Virus record (IMG/VR): IMGVR_UViG_3300008116_000011
Span: 32,001-96,000 of that record
Direction: 5' to 3' (one strand)
Source: a virus
DNA: 64,000 bases
This document shows positions 60,473 through 64,000 of this stretch, in pieces (positions within the stretch are counted from its first letter, which is position 1; the number at the start of each line of letters is the position of its first letter). The translations under genes and the position numbers were made by a program. Below the pieces are notes generated by a model that made no database searches, was not told the origin of the DNA, and worked only from the letters and a program-made list of their open reading frames with translations.

Positions 60473-61012
60473 TTAGAGTGAATTTCTTTGCTTATCATTT
60501 TGCCACTGTCCATTATACATTACATCAGTATTGTTTGATGGGTGGAAATAAATTTGTGCTACACGAGCATCTTTTTCAATGAATATTGTTTCATGAACAT
60601 AAAGCAAAGTACCCATATTATCTGTTTCAAATCCAGGATCAAATACAGGGCTATTGATTATAGCTCCATTTCTGTACAGAGATGAACGTTGCTTAATGAA
60701 TGCAGTACGATTTGATGGAATTTTACATCCCTCCCAAAACGTAATATCATATACACCTTTATAAAGTAACCATCCTTCAGCACCATCTAAATTGATAGTA
60801 TCAACAGGAGTATAAGTAGTTAATTCAGTTTTGTCCTTAAGTACTTTACCTATTTTACCATCTTTAGTTACGTTGTAAGGGTTATTTGCTATGCTAGTAC
60901 CTACTTTCTGTACGGCTTTAAGTGATAAATCATAACCAACTTGTGCTGGTTTTCCTTTAGTGTGCTCTAATTTGAGCAATCCTTCGTCTATAATTTGTTG
61001 TGAATTTAACAT
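60473..61012 (-). CDS. dCTP deaminase/dUTPase family protein
   Basis: GYDL, RSSLYR, FDPGF, RVAQI, YNGQWQ. Confidence 0.85.
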   Translation of the reverse strand: MLNSQQIIDEGLLKLEHTKGKPAQVGYDLSLKAVQKVGTSIANNPYNVTKDGKIGKVLKDKTELTTYTPVDTINLDGAEGWLLYKGVYDITFWEGCKIPSNRTAFIKQRSSLYRNGAIINSPVFDPGFETDNMGTLLYVHETIFIEKDARVAQIYFHPSNNTDVMYNGQWQNDKQRNSL

Positions 61013-61024
61013 AATATAAAGTTA

Positions 61025-61186
61025 TTAAAGTTCTTCTAATATTCCAAGTATTTCTGCTAGTACAAATCCTAATCCTGCGAATTCAAAATCTTGATACATA
61101 ATACCAACACCAGCTATAATTCTAATAACTGATTTGGCTATACTAAACCAGAAATGACTTTTTGATTTACTTTCCTTTGGTTGCAT
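61025..61186 (-). CDS. 53 aa membrane peptide (missing from track)
   Basis: MQPKESKSKSHFWFSIAKSVIRIIAG...AEILGILEEL*. Confidence 0.6.
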   Translation of the reverse strand: MQPKESKSKSHFWFSIAKSVIRIIAGVGIMYQDFEFAGLGFVLAEILGILEEL

Positions 61187-61580
61187 AGTCTGCTATTGTT
61201 TGTGAATCTTTTTGTTCCCATGGATAAACTATCCATTCATTTTCAGAAGCTAACTTCCACCAAAAATGAGGTTCATATTCTGATGCTGTTTTATAATGAA
61301 GAGTAGCTGTGTAGACATTATCTTCAAATTTAAAACGTTTTAATGTTTTACCTGAGTCGCAAATGTCATCTACAATTAGGATGTTGCTTGTTATTCCTTT
61401 AATGTTAGCTTGAGACACAAAAGGGATATTTAACTTATGAGACAATATAACTGCTGGAATTAATCCTCCACGAGGTAAACCTCCAATAGCTGCTATCTCA
61501 TATTTGCTGTTGGTGATGTTAATGGCTAGTCTTTCAACAGCATCATCAATATCACTCCATGATATAAAACGTTTATCCAT
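61167..61580 (-). CDS. Purine phosphoribosyltransferase (Gpt/Hpt-like)
   Basis: GLPRGGL, LIVDDICDSGKT, WIVYPWE. Confidence 0.9.
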   Translation of the reverse strand: MDKRFISWSDIDDAVERLAINITNSKYEIAAIGGLPRGGLIPAVILSHKLNIPFVSQANIKGITSNILIVDDICDSGKTLKRFKFEDNVYTATLHYKTASEYEPHFWWKLASENEWIVYPWEQKDSQTIADYATKGK

Positions 61581-62308
61581 TATCTATAACCTTCCATTCC
61601 TAATTTAAGCATTTCAAGTACCTCAGCTTTAGCTGTTCTAGTATGATCAGCAAATACACCTGATACCTCACTTGTAACCATTGATGCTCCAAAATGTTTT
61701 ACTCCTCTACAACTAACACAGTTGTGGAATGAATGTACTACTACCATTACACCAATGTTATCTTCACAAATAGTATCTACAGCATTGTGTATTGCAACTG
61801 TAAGTTGTTCTTGAATAGCACCTCTACGAGCAAAATGCTCTACAATACGATTTAATTTACTTAAACCTACTACTTTACCATCTTTACCAGGTACATAAGC
61901 AACGTGTGCTTTACCTAAAATTGCTTGGTGGTGGTGAGAACACATTGATACAATTGGAATATCTCTTTCAAGTACAATACCTGTGTAACCATCAGAAGGG
62001 AATGCTGTGATGTCTGTAGGTAACTCATAACGACCTTTCCATAGGTCATTAACGTATGCTTTAGCTACACGGCGAGGTGTTTCCATACTATTTGGATCAT
62101 TTCTCCAATCAACACCCAATGCATCTAAAAATTCACCGTATGCTTTTTCAGCTTGATCAATTATTGCTGTTTTCTCATCTGAATTCAGTGAACGATGATT
62201 ACCAGCATCAATTAATGATTTTAATTGAAGTGACATTCCGTTTGCAAAGCCGGGTTGTGCTGTTTCTAAAGATTCAACTTGTGTAACTTTTCGTCTTTTA
62301 TTTTCCAT
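61580..62308 (-). CDS. folE: GTP cyclohydrolase I
   Basis: TPRRVAK, SMCSHH, GLSKLNR, QEQLT, HNCVSCRG; promoter at 62329-62360. Confidence 0.95.
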   Translation of the reverse strand: MENKRRKVTQVESLETAQPGFANGMSLQLKSLIDAGNHRSLNSDEKTAIIDQAEKAYGEFLDALGVDWRNDPNSMETPRRVAKAYVNDLWKGRYELPTDITAFPSDGYTGIVLERDIPIVSMCSHHHQAILGKAHVAYVPGKDGKVVGLSKLNRIVEHFARRGAIQEQLTVAIHNAVDTICEDNIGVMVVVHSFHNCVSCRGVKHFGASMVTSEVSGVFADHTRTAKAEVLEMLKLGMEGYR

Positions 62309-62360
62309 TTACATAACTATTTTATAATTAAATATACGACCAAATATTTGGTTTTCAAAA

Positions 62361-63248
62361 TTAAATACTAAATTTTTCAAGTAATATTCTAATTTCATTA
62401 GGTATAAGTTCTAATCCTCTCTGTTTTTCTAAAATCCATCCTTTAAAACTATCATAGTCCTCCCAATCTTTTCTATGATCTTCTGGTGAGAATGGGTATA
62501 GTTGTTTAGTGTAGTTATTTTCTTCATACAGAGAATCAAAACAAACATCTCTTAAATGTAATAACTTTATATTAGGTTCCACGGGTATTTTATTATCCTT
62601 ATGTAAATGAAGATGTCTACCGGGCCCCCAATTTATGTTTTTTTGTACTATAATAGGTTTATCGCAAAAGAATGAATTACGTACCCAATAAGAACGTTGC
62701 ATGTATATAGGAGCATTCCATCCTAGTTTTTCCTCATATATGTTTTGGACAATATCATACCCTTCAGGAATAATGTATTCAAAGTCTGTTTCTAATATTT
62801 GGTGAATATTTTCTCCCACTAACAATTCATCTGAATCTAGAAATATAAATTTATATTTTTTATGTATTAATTGAGATTTAATTCTATTAATTACATAAGG
62901 AGTTTCAGATATAAGTAATTTATATATGTTTAAATTTTCTCTGTAAGGGATAAGACATTCATACGGGCAATGAAATATAATAGGAACATTTAAATCAACC
63001 ATGTGCTCTAACAACCCATTAATTTCTTTATTAAACTCATTCTTATTTACTATTTTATTTTTTGTAATAGTTAATACAAATAAATTAGTAAATCCTTGAC
63101 TAATTAAATATTCTTTTAATTCCTCATTGTCTTTTGAGAAATTTATAAATATAAATTGGTTTTTATTAAATACCTGAGTATGGTATTCTACCCATTTTTT
63201 AAAATAATTACTAGGACGTCTGTCTAGAAGCGTTGATATTCGAAACAT
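62361..63248 (-). CDS. GT2-like (Glyco_tranf_2_4-type) glycosyltransferase
   Basis: WVEYH, FLDSDE, DKP, WGPGRH, LLHL. Confidence 0.6.
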   Translation of the reverse strand: MFRISTLLDRRPSNYFKKWVEYHTQVFNKNQFIFINFSKDNEELKEYLISQGFTNLFVLTITKNKIVNKNEFNKEINGLLEHMVDLNVPIIFHCPYECLIPYRENLNIYKLLISETPYVINRIKSQLIHKKYKFIFLDSDELLVGENIHQILETDFEYIIPEGYDIVQNIYEEKLGWNAPIYMQRSYWVRNSFFCDKPIIVQKNINWGPGRHLHLHKDNKIPVEPNIKLLHLRDVCFDSLYEENNYTKQLYPFSPEDHRKDWEDYDSFKGWILEKQRGLELIPNEIRILLEKFSI

Positions 63249-63554
63249 TTATTTATCATCCTTATTTTTTTCTTTAGTTCCAAAATAATAACTAAAGATC
63301 ATTAGTACTAGTGTTTTAATTAGATCAAATAATTCTTCATTTTGTTCTGGAGATATTAAGTTAATTTTCCAAGCTATAGTTTTATCAACGATAAATAAAG
63401 CAACTAAGGCTGTAAATATCATTAATATGAATCTAACTAATATTTCTTGGGTTCCTTGTGCAAATAATTTATATACAAAATAAACAGATCCCATTATAAA
63501 TCCTAAGGCCATAATTATCCCTAGGACCATTGTTAGCCCACCTTCTGAAAACAT
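63249..63554 (-). CDS. Three-helix membrane protein, possible holin
   Basis: Hydrophobic helices, SYYFG and charged C-terminus; next to the endolysin. Confidence 0.5.
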   Translation of the reverse strand: MFSEGGLTMVLGIIMALGFIMGSVYFVYKLFAQGTQEILVRFILMIFTALVALFIVDKTIAWKINLISPEQNEELFDLIKTLVLMIFSYYFGTKEKNKDDK

Positions 63555-63560
63555 ATGGTA

Positions 63561-64000
63561 TTATTTTAGTAAGTCGTAATATTCCTTAAAATGTTTCTTA
63601 CGATCTTCTAAACCAATAGTTCCACCGTTTACAAGTTTTGTAACTTTAGTTACTGTATCGTCTCCGGCTCCTAAATCTGCGGTTGCATTAATTTTTCTGC
63701 TGTTCCAATACCAAGCAGCTGATAGTAATGGATATTTAGTTGCAACTAAATCAGGATTTTCAAGAATATTTTCTGTTACTACAGCATCAAATGCTTTATA
63801 ATTATCTTTTCCAGTTAATTGAATATAACCACGTCCTCTAAATTTCCAACCCTCTTTTGTAGCTTCAACACCATTACCCATTCTACCACCATATACTTTA
63901 GAAGCAATTAATTCCGGTTTTCTTTCATATTGTTTTGCTAGTGCTTCAGTTGGGAAATATTTTTTAAAAGTAGTCATCAATCCTTTTGCTCCGTAATTTA
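63561..64000 (-). CDS. GH19 (chitinase-like) endolysin, 5' end outside the window
   Basis: GWKFRGRGYIQLTGKDNY, SAAWYW, VTKLVNGG..GL.DR. Confidence 0.9.
   Translation of the reverse strand, partial: NYGAKGLMTTFKKYFPTEALAKQYERKPELIASKVYGGRMGNGVEATKEGWKFRGRGYIQLTGKDNYKAFDAVVTENILENPDLVATKYPLLSAAWYWNSRKINATADLGAGDDTVTKVTKLVNGGTIGLEDRKKHFKEYYDLLK

Noticed and set aside
4639-62286. Most plus-strand ORFs in the track (e.g. 4639, 7995, 9411, 45798, 54807)
   Set aside because: Antisense shadows of well-supported minus-strand genes; only 20604 and 26154 occupy free space with a promoter-like box
1-64000. Stop-codon reassignment
   Set aside because: Code 11 gives dense full-length genes; TAG and TGA end genes at sensible places; no suppressor tRNA seen

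Overview
AT-rich 64 kb segment of a large lytic dsDNA tailed phage (Caudoviricetes with T4-like replication genes), almost entirely minus-strand and read in the standard genetic code. About 20 promoters of the form TTTG-N19/20-TAnnTTTA, A-rich starts without Shine-Dalgarno sites and a DUF4494-like gene point to a Bacteroidota host. Left to right: (1) putative baseplate genes and a gp55-like sigma factor; (2) an early-type region of many tiny ORFs with their own promoters and terminators, containing a CpG-rich zone, a GC-rich non-coding element, a four-promoter hub, an AT-hook protein and an A-tract array; (3) an RNA cluster at 25.3-27.7 kb with a giant tRNA-like RNA, a ~335 nt ornate RNA, tRNA-Leu, tRNA-Thr, a 92 nt RNA and a tmRNA with an atypical tag; (4) a nucleotide-sugar and glycosyltransferase cluster; (5) Cas4-like nuclease, clamp loader, GroEL/GroES, sliding clamp and DNA polymerase B; (6) a second modification cluster (folE, PRTase, dCTP deaminase, two Skp1-type GlcNAc transferases, carbamoyltransferase, MTase-HtrL fusion) running into the polymerase; (7) a GH19 endolysin. 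All family calls are by eye from motifs; no database search was run.
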